A stretch of DNA of 64,000 nt, from positions 19,592,001 to 19,656,000 of the forward strand of contig CM022665.1 in NCBI GenBank assembly GCA_012295275.1, written 5' to 3'. Positions 1 to 12,657 of the stretch are shown here, in pieces; within the stretch, counting starts at the first letter, position 1, and the number at the start of each line of letters is the position of its first letter. The stretch comes from Chrysomallon squamiferum (taxonomy: Eukaryota; Animalia; Mollusca). Position numbers and translations under genes: made by a program. The notes under the pieces were generated by a model. It was not told the origin of the DNA and did not search any database. It was given only the letters and a program-made list of their open reading frames with translations.

Positions 1-472
1 TATATATGTATGCATTTAAGATCTTATAAGACCAGGACAAGTTTTTCATAACTTCTGCAGTACATGGGGCAGCCTACAAAATATATTTTTATCTGACTGA
101 CAGTCGCACATTCCTTGGCCAATTTACAAAAACTTGCAAGCACCAGATATCTAGAAAGTGAAAAAGAGACCTGGCCTAGATTCATAGGCAAAAAGTGTGA
201 CTTCAAAAACAAATGTGTTATTCACTGGAAAATAGCTTTACCGCATAACACTGGGATAACATTACATATTCTTTCCCAGCCAGGCTTCTGTGCTTTTATT
301 TATTCAGGGACCTGTTGAGTTTGATTTCATTGATAACCAGAAGAATGACTTAAGTAAATTAGTAGCTTTTGTATATATTAATAACAATAATAATAATAAG
401 TAAAGTCCAAATAAAAATACAGATATATATTATGTTAATTTTTATGTTATATGAGTATTCAAGATTCAAAAA

Positions 473-519
<47 letters not shown>

Positions 520-3500
520 TATAAATGATTATTATTGCCTTTTTTCTAATTAACATCATACCATACATTTTTTTCAGAATAAAACAAAAACAGTAAAATA
601 ATTTAGCACAGAAATATTCATAGTAATCACTTTATTTCATATTATCAGTATATTGTAAGTAAAAACACATAATAAAAAAAATTGTGTAACAAATAGCAAA
701 AACAAATAATACATAAGCAAAGGTTTGGGTTTTTTAAATGTATTTATATATACGTTTAAAATTTTTTATTGGTGGCAATAATAATGCTTTATTTAAAAAA
801 ACAGATATGCCATACTGTTTCATATTTGCGTAAGTAAATGGCTGCATAGAATTAACCAGCTTTAGGAAACCTGTGGCTGGAAGCATTAATCAGAAGTCCA
901 GTATTTGAGACACACACACACACACACACACACACAATTATATAAAATGCATTAAAGAAAATAGTAAAGATTAAATATCAGTTAGATAATATCTAATGCA
1001 GCAAATGTTTCTGATAATACTTCCCCAAGATAAATACATTTTTAATTTAATATTTGTTTGGTCAACAAATGACAGACAGAATTAATCTTTTGGTGCTGAG
1101 TTTATATGAACCTTGTATCATTTTGAGCAGGTTGTTCTTTTAAAATTGTTAATAAAATTAAATTTCTGCACAAAATGGTCAGAAATTAAAATATTTTCTA
1201 CACGGATCTTAGTGATATTCTGCAGACAACCAGCAAAGGAAATGGAATTTCAACAGTATTGTCACAGATTGTTTAAAAATTCTTGACTTTTGACATTTTT
1301 GGTATAATCAGTAAACTTTGGCTTTTTTCCAGTAAAAGAGATCCTAGAAAGAGAAAAAGAAATAACCATGAACTGAAGTCTTGTATTATTAACATAGAGT
1401 ATAATAAAGTTATGATTTATACAAAAACACTCTTTGTTGAAGCTAGTTTAATATAATATAAGTTTTTGAAGAAAATGTTATTGTTTGTTTTTTCTTTCAA
1501 TAACTTAAGTAAGCCGAGTTCAGGTCTATTTTTCCTAAGCTTGATATTCCATCAACTTTCAGTAGAAACCTATGTATATTAATGGGTTGAAATTAATTTC
1601 CATAAAAAGTAGACTTTATAAAAAAAATGTCAAAACACTTGAACTGTTAGCAATTTTCAATTAATTGTTGTGATCTTTTACTGTTGTAGTCATTATGTTG
1701 CTTGTTCAGTTGAGACTTTAAACTCAAAATTTATATTTTAATTAGGGATCCCTTCAATTATGCTTTTATTCCTGAATTTATCTGTTATTTTTATTCAGAT
1801 AGACTCAAATTAAAAAAATTAAATATAGTCTTATTGATAAATTGTTTGCTGATACAAAATAAAACTATTACTACCAAATAATAATATAATTTTAATAGTA
1901 ATTTGAAATCAAATTGAATATTGACAGATAGTTTCTGTAGATTAGTCACAGTTAACATAATTTTCTTTTCATATTAACTTTTACCTCTTGTCATCTAATA
2001 AGGAATTTAAACATTTAATGAGGTGAATTTGAAAGATAGATTTGTTTTATTCATATTTAAATACAACATTCACTTCACAGTCTTAAAAACAAACACTATT
2101 TGACTTTTATATCAGTTAATATTTTGACCATTGATATTTTTATTCAGTTTCTGTGTTGGCATTTTGTCTGCAGCCTGTCTTTAGGATAATCTAGGAATTG
2201 TAGGTGTTCCTTGAAGAACAGTAAATATTTTTTTTTTCTTAATTATATATTCAGTAATGTTGTGGATTGTTTAAACTGATACTAATTCTACAGCAGTATC
2301 AATAATAAATACATAGTATTTACCAGATGTCTTTATGAGTCACTGTAACTGATTCAGTTTTCAAAATAAGGTAATTACATTGTGGATGACAGCAAATGAT
2401 GCAATGGAAAAGAACAACATAGTCTGTTAATGAAAGTATTTTCATTGCTATGGGCTTAGTTTTGAAAACAAAATAAAAAATACATTGGTGTGATTACAAA
2501 GCTGATTATATATGGCTTCTTCATAACTACAAGACAATGTATTTATTGATTTATGTAGATTGTTTTCATATGACTGTGACTTAGTATTGTTGCATAATTG
2601 CATCGTTATTATTGTAGTTTTTAGTTTGATTGAATTGCACATTATTACTGTTGAAGATTTTAAATTATTATTACCCTCACCAAATGTCGGTAAGTGGTAA
2701 TTACATAACATCAGTAGAAAGCATTAGTATTCAAGACTATATACAATGGTTATGACAAAGTGTCATCAGTCAAAATGTCAGCTAATTAAGTAGCACAGTG
2801 GTTAAAACAATAGCTAAATTTTGTACACTGAATCACTGAGATATAACTGTAGGCCACTGATTCCAGTCTTTTAATACATATGTGGGTATGGGACAGTTAT
2901 ACAGGTGTACATATATGTAAAAACCCATAAGCAGTATTTTTCACAATTTTTAATACCTGTACATTTTGGTGCTCACTGTAATTGTAACATTATTTTTTCC
3001 AAATAGCAGTTTTTCCTATTTATGAAAAATAAACTATAGAATACAATGATAATTTGTTAGAAATATAATAATTTGTTTACACTATGTAATAAAGTTCATA
3101 AAGGTCTAAAACTGAATAATTGGGATTTCTAAATCAGTTTTACAGTCATTCTGTGTCAGTTCGTACAATAAGATGGAAAATAGTAAAAATGGCCATAGCC
3201 ACCAATCTTTAGACTCCAGTATTTCAGAAACCAGTGGGCCAGTGTTCATAATATTGATGTTGTTAGAAAGGGAATTTCATAAGGAACACTAGCATTGTGA
3301 AGACTGGCAACTGGTTTCTTAGATGTCAAATGACCCATAGTGAAATCATTTGTTCTCATTTCATGCAAACAGAGGCAGAACAGGCTTTTTATTGTTTCAT
3401 TCTGTTTTATTTTCCTAGTTACAGTGAGTTATACAATTTAAGTTCTTTTGACAGAAACAATAATTTGTTTTATTTAAACTTTGTAAAACAATTTTTTTAA

Positions 3501-6500
3501 ACTTTTATTATGAAATGTTTTATTTTGAGACCCTTACGTTACTAAGTGCAAATATGTATTTTAAAAATTAAAATATTGGTAATGATTTCTTGCTATTAAA
3601 ATAAAATAATTTTGTTAGTTCTGTATCTAAAAAAAATGTGATTCTTTATGTGTGACATAACATTTTTTTTTTTTTTTAAATCTATTTAGTTCATATCTGA
3701 TGTTGGAGCTGTTTCATGTTTAATTTACAATCTGACCACTTTATTGGACAAAATTGTCTTTTAATGAAACCTTTCACACTTCAGTAGTCCTTAATAAAAA
3801 CTTGACATCAGTGAAATGAATTTTTTGGCAATTTGATTATTTGTTCAATCAGTGATGCCATTTAAAGTCAAATTTGGCTGGCATCGAGTGGATCTGGAAG
3901 GAAATAAAAACTAATGAAGGTTCTGAAGATTCCAAATATAGGGCTTTTATAAATTTAGTGCTGAACGTGAAAGTATAAGCAATCTGCAGTAAAACTTTAA
4001 GAAATAGAACATAAACTATGGGTCAGTACTACCTTGGCATTATCAGTTCACTTCCCTTTAAACACAGCTTGCTTAAAATTGAGCAGTTTACTTTATCAGT
4101 GAATTACTCTGTTTTTTAGTGTTTTTGACAAATTTATGTGTATCAGTAATTTAACTGTTTATGTAGAAATTATATTTTTTATCAGTAAAACAATAATTAT
4201 CCATCATTAAGATTATATAATATTATATTTTATCATTTACTTCAAACATTAATTTTACTAAATGATGCATATCTATACTATTAATCTGTTTTTAATCAAC
4301 TGCTTACTAATTTAAATAAATAAAATACAAACTGTATCAAACAAAATTGTAAGTTCTATTATTTATTTAATTATTTATTTTATCTTCAGAAATTTTTAAG
4401 TATATGTCTCAATTTCATACATTAAATACAATGTAGAACAGTTTTGCTACAGTTCTTTATAAAAATAATAATAGTAATAAAATATAAAATTATGCTATAC
4501 TTAAGTTTCATTAAAAATATGCCTGACATTTAAAATAAATATCAATAAAATACTTTAAAAAACAAATAATTCTAGCACACTTGTGCCATATTCTGTGACA
4601 TAGTTCACACCTTCTTTTCTGAGATGAAAGAAACCTGCAAGAGCAAAGTGTTGATAAAAACAATGTGCCAAGAGGACAAAACTGGGTCTTTTGCTTCATC
4701 CTGGCTTTTCAGGAGTGATAAAAGCTTGAGAATCTTTCCAACTCTGGCTGCCCTCAGATTGTCACCAGCCAAGGCAGCTCCTCTTACACCATGGGAAAAT
4801 TTTCCAGGAATCCCAACCACTGGCAGACAATCTGGTATTGGATGTCTTCTCATACACTAGCAGCACATGTGAACTAGCACCAGATTTATTATCTGACACA
4901 CATGGCCTACAAAATTCTACATTATATATATGTGTGTGTGTGTGTGTTTGTCTGTGTGAGCACGTGTGTTCAGTTTTTAAATAGTTTTCTGTGATGTACA
5001 TTTTGAAGTTTCGAAAATATCTTTTTAAATCATCTGTCTTCATTTAAAATTTGTTTAAGATTACATTTAATCAAATTTTAATGAACAATTTCTTTATATA
5101 TATATATATGTAATTTATAAACATGTGCAAGTTTTAATAGACCTGTTTTTGTTTTTGTGTCCTTATTTTTTTCAGAACATACTGCTTCCTCATTTAAATT
5201 TATGAAGTCACTTGCTTTTTAAATAGATATTTAAAACAGTTTTTTAAAATAATTTTGCAACTTCCAAATTTATGATCCTTCAGAAAGTATGAATTTACTG
5301 ATAAAGAACAATAATTTTTAAAAATATGTCATTTCATTACCCAAAAGTGCTGTGAATTAAGTCAAATTATTTTTTTTGAAGAAAGATTAAACAACAATGT
5401 GAATCAGTTTGATAGTGAATTTATTTGTGTTCATTGGGACAATTTTTGCTGGAATTTTTAAAATGAACTTCATTTATTATTAACAGTGTACGTTTGATAA
5501 TGAGTTCATATGTAATTGGGGTGGGAGAGGAAGTCATCTTGTTCCATGACATTTAAATAATGCCCTTCTGTCAAACAAGATATTTGATCAGTTTCGTATT
5601 TCATGAGAGTTGTAGAGAAAATGTCAATGGATAAAATATAAAAGACAAAATGTCTACTATTAATATAGTCCTGGTCAAAATGTTAACTCATGTATATGTA
5701 GAAATAAAATAATTTTTGAAATGCAGAATTTTTTTTCACATTGTAGTAAATTTTAGCAGATGAAGGAAGTAAGAAAAAAAAAAATGTTTTTAACAACAGT
5801 AAAGTTAATTTGAATCAATTTAACTATTTAAATGAATGTTTATGATAGAAAATAATTGGTAAATAGAAAATTGTTAATGATTTCAGTGATATAATAGTTC
5901 CAACATTTTACTTCATATTCTACTAGTTAGTGTTATGGACATTTAGTTCACTTGGATCTTACTACTGAGAAATGGTTCGCTGAGATTTTGAACACTGACA
6001 TTTTATCTGTTGACATGCAACCATATGACTGAACCAAAAGAATCTGTGGTGTTAAATTTTGTATTTATTACTACTAACAATACCTTCATTTTATTATATA
6101 TGGTATTACTAAGAATTTTCACTGTATTAAATTTTATTTTTATCAAAGTGTCTAAATAAATGATGGAAATACTTGCAGTGTTTGAAAGATCTGAATGGTC
6201 TGAAATTGTTATTTGAATTTTCCTTTAGGGGTGAATATCTGGTCTATTTACATTTTAAAAGACAATGTTTGTTTAACAATAGTATAGGTTTTTTTTATTG
6301 TTTTATCACATACAAGTCATTACTATTAATTTATTTTATATAACATTAACAAAAGTGAAATATTCACTCAAACATTTTTTTTTATCCAAGTCTGTTACTT
6401 AGTAATCCAAAATTGTTTCATAAAATGAGCTAAATAGTTATAGTCAATAAATAAAAACGAAATTAAATAAAAGTTAGTATAGTTAAGGACAAAATTACAA

Positions 6501-7779
6501 ATGCTGAAATATTAATAGACAAAATGTTATGATCAGTATGTCAGCTATTGAAGTGGTACCCATGTCTATTTTCAGACGATATATTTCTCCAAATAACTGG
6601 TTAAATAATAATATATGAGGTGGTTTATATTTTTTTTAATTTTTTAATTTTTTTTTTTTTTTTTTTACCAGTTAGTGACATTTTCTGCAGCTTTGATAAA
6701 ACTATATTTTGCAGTACATGAACACACAAACACACATTTTATAATTATTTGATTTAAATCTCTTATACTGCATATATGATTTCATCTATAAAACTACCTC
6801 CACAGTTGCCTGTGTTCCTCCTGTACCTGCCTGCTTTATAAACACATACAAAGTGTACAATATAATATGTGTAAGCATACATAAAGGCACACATATGTGC
6901 ATGCACCCACATATTATATATTATATATACATGCAAACATAAACATGCACATTTATATATTAAATAGAACTACTACATCAAATCAGTGAAATCAATGCAT
7001 ATATTTTTTTGTTCACCGTAATAGACCAGACAAATATTCATTTGCAAATCATTGCCATTCTGTACAGAAATAACATAAATGAACTGTTTGAAGCAGTTTC
7101 ATCATGTCTTATCTCAGTGACAATTACAGGTAGTGTGTCATAGGGTCATGGTGTATCCTATCCAGGCAGAAGCCAGGTGAGCTACACAAGCGACACAACA
7201 CTATTTACATCCTAACCAAACATGGCTATTGTAACTCTGATCCACCACTGAATAAAACAGTTAATTTCTGAATAATGAACAAAACATTAACATCTGTGTT
7301 TGTGTTTGGGGGGAGTTGCTCACATTCCCCCCACCCTGGGTAGGACTGGACTTTCCAAGAAGCTTATACATGCATGTTATTAATAAAACACACACATTAC
7401 TTACTAGGCTAAACTAGAGTTTTTCCACTATTCTTCCAGGCATTTTCTTTTTTGTTGTTATCTTTGTACGTTGACAAAGAAGAATTGTAAAATACTGGTA
7501 ACTTCTGAACGAGATGGATTAGTTGTTCATCTTCCATTTTCATGTACTGGGGGACATAATCTTGTTTGTGACTGCTTAATATATTTTAGATGCTCATGTA
7601 GTGTGACAAAAAACAGAAAAAATTCCTATCGGTATTGTGTCGCACACTTGACTAGCTCAAACTGTTGTGACGTACGCGTGCAGTTAGGATGCTGGAATTG
7701 AAATCAATGGTTTCTAAAAATTGCTTGTGTCGTATGTGCCCAGTTTGGATACAGCCTCAGTCTGACAATGTCTACAAAT

Positions 7780-8571
7780 CTATAGCATCCATGCAAGAAA
7801 ACCAGCCAGAAGGCCAGTCTTAATGCCAGAACATCAAAGTTGGTATTTCAAGTGTGATAGATAGCTTGTATCTGGAGATATGTCCTCCTCTCTGATGAAT
7901 CCCATTTCCTTCTCCATAGACCTGACTACAGGACATTGTGTCTTTAGATGTCACGGTGAACATCATATCATGAAGAGGATTGTTTAGGAGGCAGTGCTAT
8001 TGTAATATGGGGTGGAATAAAGCCACAGGCTAGACCCTGTAATTTGAATGCTGTGAGATATGAGATGAAATTTTGCAAACGACTCTGTTACCATTTTTGC
8101 CACCATGATTGACTACAACATCATACCATCAAACCATACTGTTTGAATAATGTTGATGTGCTACTCTGGTCTCACAGGTCTCTAGATTTGTCACCAATTG
8201 AACATGTCTGCAAGAGTGATGCTTGCAGCTTCTTCCAAATCTTCCAATAACACTTCAGGAACTCCATCTTATCCTTCCTAGATATAGTATGGCATTCCCA
8301 GAAACTTTCTCCAGATCTGAGTGACCTCAGTGAGAAATGCTGTTAGGCCTGGATCAGTGCTCAAGGTGGACAAGTTCACTACTGACTGAGTGAACTTTGC
8401 TCTGGACCCCATCTAGTTATGCTGCTCATTTGCATATGGCAGCTTGTTTCCAAGCCTTCAGGCATTTCTCTTTCCATTTCATAACATTTCATACATCATT
8501 TACATGGCAGTAAAAGCTTATCATTGGTTATCGTTTTTTTTGTGTGTGTCACAATAACTTTTGCCTTTTAG
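7780..8571 (+). mobile_element. Decayed Tc1/mariner DNA transposon (3' part)
   Basis: Frameshifted transposase motifs in the right order: VLLSDESHF (~7882), GGS..IWGGI (~7987), NLNAVRY (~8041), WSHRSLDLSPIEHV (~8167; consensus WPARSPDLSPIEHVW), ISAQGGQVHY* (~8353-8385). TIR-like end …cttttag followed by TA. Confidence 0.85.
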
Positions 8572-8689
8572 TATGTATGTGTTTTTTCTTTTTCTTTTAT
8601 ATTTGAAATTGGCATTTTAATCTTTTTAAGCTTTAATAGCAAATGTTGATTTTGAATGACTTGAGTATGTATGTGTGTATTTTGTGTAA

Positions 8690-9410
8690 TCACACACACA
8701 CACACACACATACACACAAATGTACATGTTGGTTCAAAATCGATTCACTCAATTCTTGTTCTGTAGTTATTCCATTATTAACAGTTGTTGGTTCAAAATT
8801 GATTGACTCAATTTTTGTTCAATAGTTATTCCACTGTTAACAGTTTCAGAACATGAAATATAAAATTATTAAAAAAATATGCAGTGAAATCAATTGAAGA
8901 CTGAATAACCATGTTTTGTTTTCCACATTAATATTTGAATTAAAATGTGTGTGTGTGTGTGTGTGTGTGTTTGTGCATGTGCTTATGTGCATTGCACTGC
9001 ATATATATGTAAACAGAATATTTAAAAAAAATTATTAGTGATAGTTGATAAAATTTAACAGTAATTTGGGTAGTGATTTGCAACATAGTATTGAATGAAA
9101 TATTATCTGGTGTTTGTAAGTGCATGTGCACACACACACACTAAAACTTACTAAAACTGAATTCCTAAATTCATTATAAAGTAGAAAAAAAAGAATGAAA
9201 AAATAGTACATGATAAAATTGTGCTATATACTTAACTCACAAACATGATAATTGTGTGTGTGTGTGTGAATGTATGTATGTGTATTTATGTATATGTGTA
9301 TACGCGTGTGTGTGTGTGTGTTGTTACATGTGTATATATGTATGTATAAGTGTATATGTATGTGTGTGTGTATATATATGTATGTATATATACACACACA
9401 CACACATATA
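8690..9410. repeat. Cluster of (CA)n, (TG)n and (TATG)n microsatellites
   Basis: Direct reading. Confidence 0.9.
8727..8845. repeat. Tandem duplication, 59-bp unit x2
   Basis: tgttggttcaaaat(c/t)gatt(c/g)actcaatt…gttattcca…ttaacagtt at 8727 and 8786. Confidence 0.9.
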
Positions 9411-10026
9411 ATTAATTTTATATTACAAATCAGATGACAAACAAAAAGAAAAAGAAAAAACTGAAATTGTATAAAAAAAATTCTTGTTTTTTCTAAATAA
9501 GCTCCTTAATTAACTGTAACATAGAAAATTATCATAAAACAAGGTAATGGAAACTTTTAATTCAGAAGCACTTAAAATCAAATAGACAGGAATGAATTGT
9601 ATAAAAAAAATTAAATTTAAAAAAATAACTCACACTATGATAATAGTGAAATAACACCTACTAGGTATTATGAAAAACACACCCGCTGATTACTGATGTC
9701 ATTTTGGTGGCCTTTTAGTTAGGACAGATCCTGTTGCTTTATAGTTTGTATTGATGTTGCTGGCTTCAGATGGCCTGCAAGTAACTGATAATAATTTAGC
9801 AACAGAGAATCAATGTGAAGTTCATTTATAAGAATCATCCAATATTGGTGCATGAAATTATTGATTGGTTGAACATAAATATATGTATTTTTTATGGACA
9901 CTTTTTCAGTTTCTCTGTTTGTCCTTGTTGTTCAAAATTTACATTTTATAATGGTAAAGTGTTGTTTCCTTCAGTTTTTTTGTTTTTTTTTCATTTACCA
10001 CAAACAAAAAAAAACAAAAAAACAAG

Positions 10027-10052
10027 TAATAATAATAATAATAATAATAGTA

Positions 10053-10130
<78 letters not shown>
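10027..10130. repeat. (AAT)n microsatellite
   Basis: Direct reading. Confidence 0.98.
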
Positions 10131-10136
<6 letters not shown>

Positions 10137-12015
10137 TAAATAAATAAATAAAAATAGGAACAAATTTTTAACAAATATATGAAACTTGAATTTAAAAAAA
10201 GAAGTTTATTTTGGAATTGATAGTAATTTATTTAAAAAAAAAAATTATAATAATTGTTTTTTTTAATATTTCACCCACTAAAGCATGGTTGATACATTGG
10301 ACAACATTTTGCTTATATAACTTCCTCATTGGCTTTCTTTATTTTTATTATTATTATTTTTTTATTACCATGTTCTGTATGCAACTTGTGTCATAGTTTG
10401 AAAAAGTTTATTTGTATGGGTTTATTTGTTTATTTATTTTTAATATAAAACCTTGTATTTCAGTTTTCTTAGTAGTTGACAAATTAAAAAGGGGTTTATT
10501 ATACAACAACATGCATTTATCTACCAAAATAGATGACATACTGTCATCATTTCAGAGGCAGAAAAAACAACTTTTATTATCCCTAGACATCTGCTATAAA
10601 AAAATAAAAAAATATATATTGAATTTAATCAACAGAGGAAGGACTTTATGCACAACTATTATTAAATTTTGTCTGTGAAAGAAATGTGAAAGCAAAAAGA
10701 ACTAAAAAAGTAAGCTACCTAAGAATTGAAAAGATTCTATAAACAACAATAGTTAGGTATATGTGGGTTTTTTTCATTTAATTATTGCCTTAAGATTCAT
10801 TTGGCAACTGCCTGAAATTGTATATAGATTGAAAAAGTAATGTTGGTATGAGTTGTAAAGTTTGTAGGTAACTAACTATAAGCAAATTGTCAAGTTCACC
10901 TAAGGCTGGATATCATAGTGAGCACTTGTCTTTTTTTGAGATTCATAAATTGCCATGCTACATGCAATGCATGCTCTGAGTCAGCAGTGTAATAAGAGAG
11001 TAGGCAGCAGTAGCATATTGGGTAACCACTGCCTTGTTTTCAAAGGCCTAATAGAACACAAATGTTAACGCCCAGCTGTGTGAAACTAGCCATATCAACA
11101 ATAAAGCATGTGTTAAGGTACAGACTCTTTAGCTTCCAGTCTTCCCTTTTTATGCATTCTTTACATGTGATTTTGTATCATAGCTTAACACACACATGCA
11201 CTAACATACAAAACAAACATTTTTGCTTCATATTTTAATGTAATTCACATTGTTTTCTTTTTAAAGAAAGAAATCAAATATGAATAATACAAATAACTTT
11301 CATATGTATAACATGTTCAGATAAAAATTTCAATTTTTATTTTATTATTATTTTTTTCTCTGTGCAGTATCATTGATGTAGTGCTTGATTCTGAAAAAAA
11401 TATGAATTCATTAAAAATTGCGTATTGCAGAAGTACTCATGACATCAGTATTTTGGCATGTTCACTAAAAAAATGTGAAAGAGTCTATCCAGATGCTGCT
11501 TTCAAATTTAACACCCTTTGTTTTAACATCTGTTTTGAGTCCCATTGTTTGTTGGGTTCAGAAAACATTTAATTTTAAAATGTTTTTATCTAAGAAATTT
11601 CTGTGACATGATTCATTTGAAGTGATAACAATTTTTTTTTTTTTTTTTACATTTTTTTTATTTATTATTATCATTAAATTATTTTTTTTTTTTTTTTGTA
11701 ACCTTTTTATTTTCTTATTTTAAAAACTTATGTATTTATCAAAAATTGTTTTGCCTTCTTGCATAACAATAGGCTAGCACTGTGTATTTATAATAACAAA
11801 AGAAAAATTGAGAATCGATGGCCTAAAGCCATGATCAGCTTGGGTTATCTGAAACTGACAATCCTTTTTATCTTTCTGCCTTCAGAACATAATCTGTCTT
11901 TCACACCAACAGAAAACATGCCAATATTCTTATAATTTGTACAGCTCTGGGATTGTCATCTTGAAGTATTTTTGAATTGAATGAAAAACAATGTGTTAAA
12001 ACAACACATGTAGGG

Positions 12016-12017
<2 letters not shown>

Positions 12018-12100
<83 letters not shown>
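12018..12100. repeat. (TAT)n microsatellite followed by poly-T
   Basis: Direct reading. Confidence 0.97.
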
Positions 12101-12104
<4 letters not shown>

Positions 12105-12576
12105 ATTATTAATCTATCTTTATAAATAATTATAAAAAAACCAATGTGAGATTTAAAAAAGATATCTAGTCGTTAAATTTTCACCAAAGGCCTAGTGTTA
12201 CAATCAATCCTAAAATTATGAATATTTTTTTTCATCTGCTTTTTCATTTTCTTTTTTTTTAAACATTTTTAATCTATACTTATAATAAATAAATAAACAA
12301 ACAAATAAATATATAAATAATAATAATAAAAAAAAAATCAAAAAAAAAAAAAACAAGAACATATTCATAATTTTGCAAGAGATGGTAAGACGTGACCTTT
12401 GGTAAAAATGTGGTGACAAGATATCTTTTTGAAGTCTCATATTGTCATAACAGTAAAACGGCAACTGAATTTTATTAAGCAGATACTGAATTTTTTGTAT
12501 TATAAATTTACAAAAACAATATCAGGTGAAAAATGGAAAAACATAATTCGTAGTAATTTTTTTTTTTCTTTTTCAG

Positions 12577-12657
12577 TGTCAGTATGGATGCACAAAACTT
12601 TCTGCTGCTCTTTCATCAAACTGTCAAAAAGCTTGTGTATCGAACATATCACAACAG
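12577..12657 (+). CDS. ROS1: ROS exon 1 (of traced): Cys-rich N-terminus [27 protein letters not shown]
   Basis: tttcag acceptor and gtaagg donor, phase 0-0. CxxGC...CxxxC spacing matches the ROS1 N-terminus. Confidence 0.85.

Noticed and set aside
2788-2940. tRNA A-box-like tagcacagtggttaaa
   Set aside because: No B-box or cloverleaf; at most a SINE relic, not a tRNA gene.
9815-10163. Poly-N, poly-I and poly-Y ORFs
   Set aside because: Translations of the (AAT)n microsatellite.
11381-11572. Cys-rich ORF after a good acceptor at ~11368
   Set aside because: No suitable donor before the stop and no similarity to the ROS N-terminus.
10027-12068. Complementary (AAT)n and (TAT)n tracts 2 kb apart
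   Set aside because: Both repeats are common throughout the window, so pairing is expected by chance and is not tied to splice sites.
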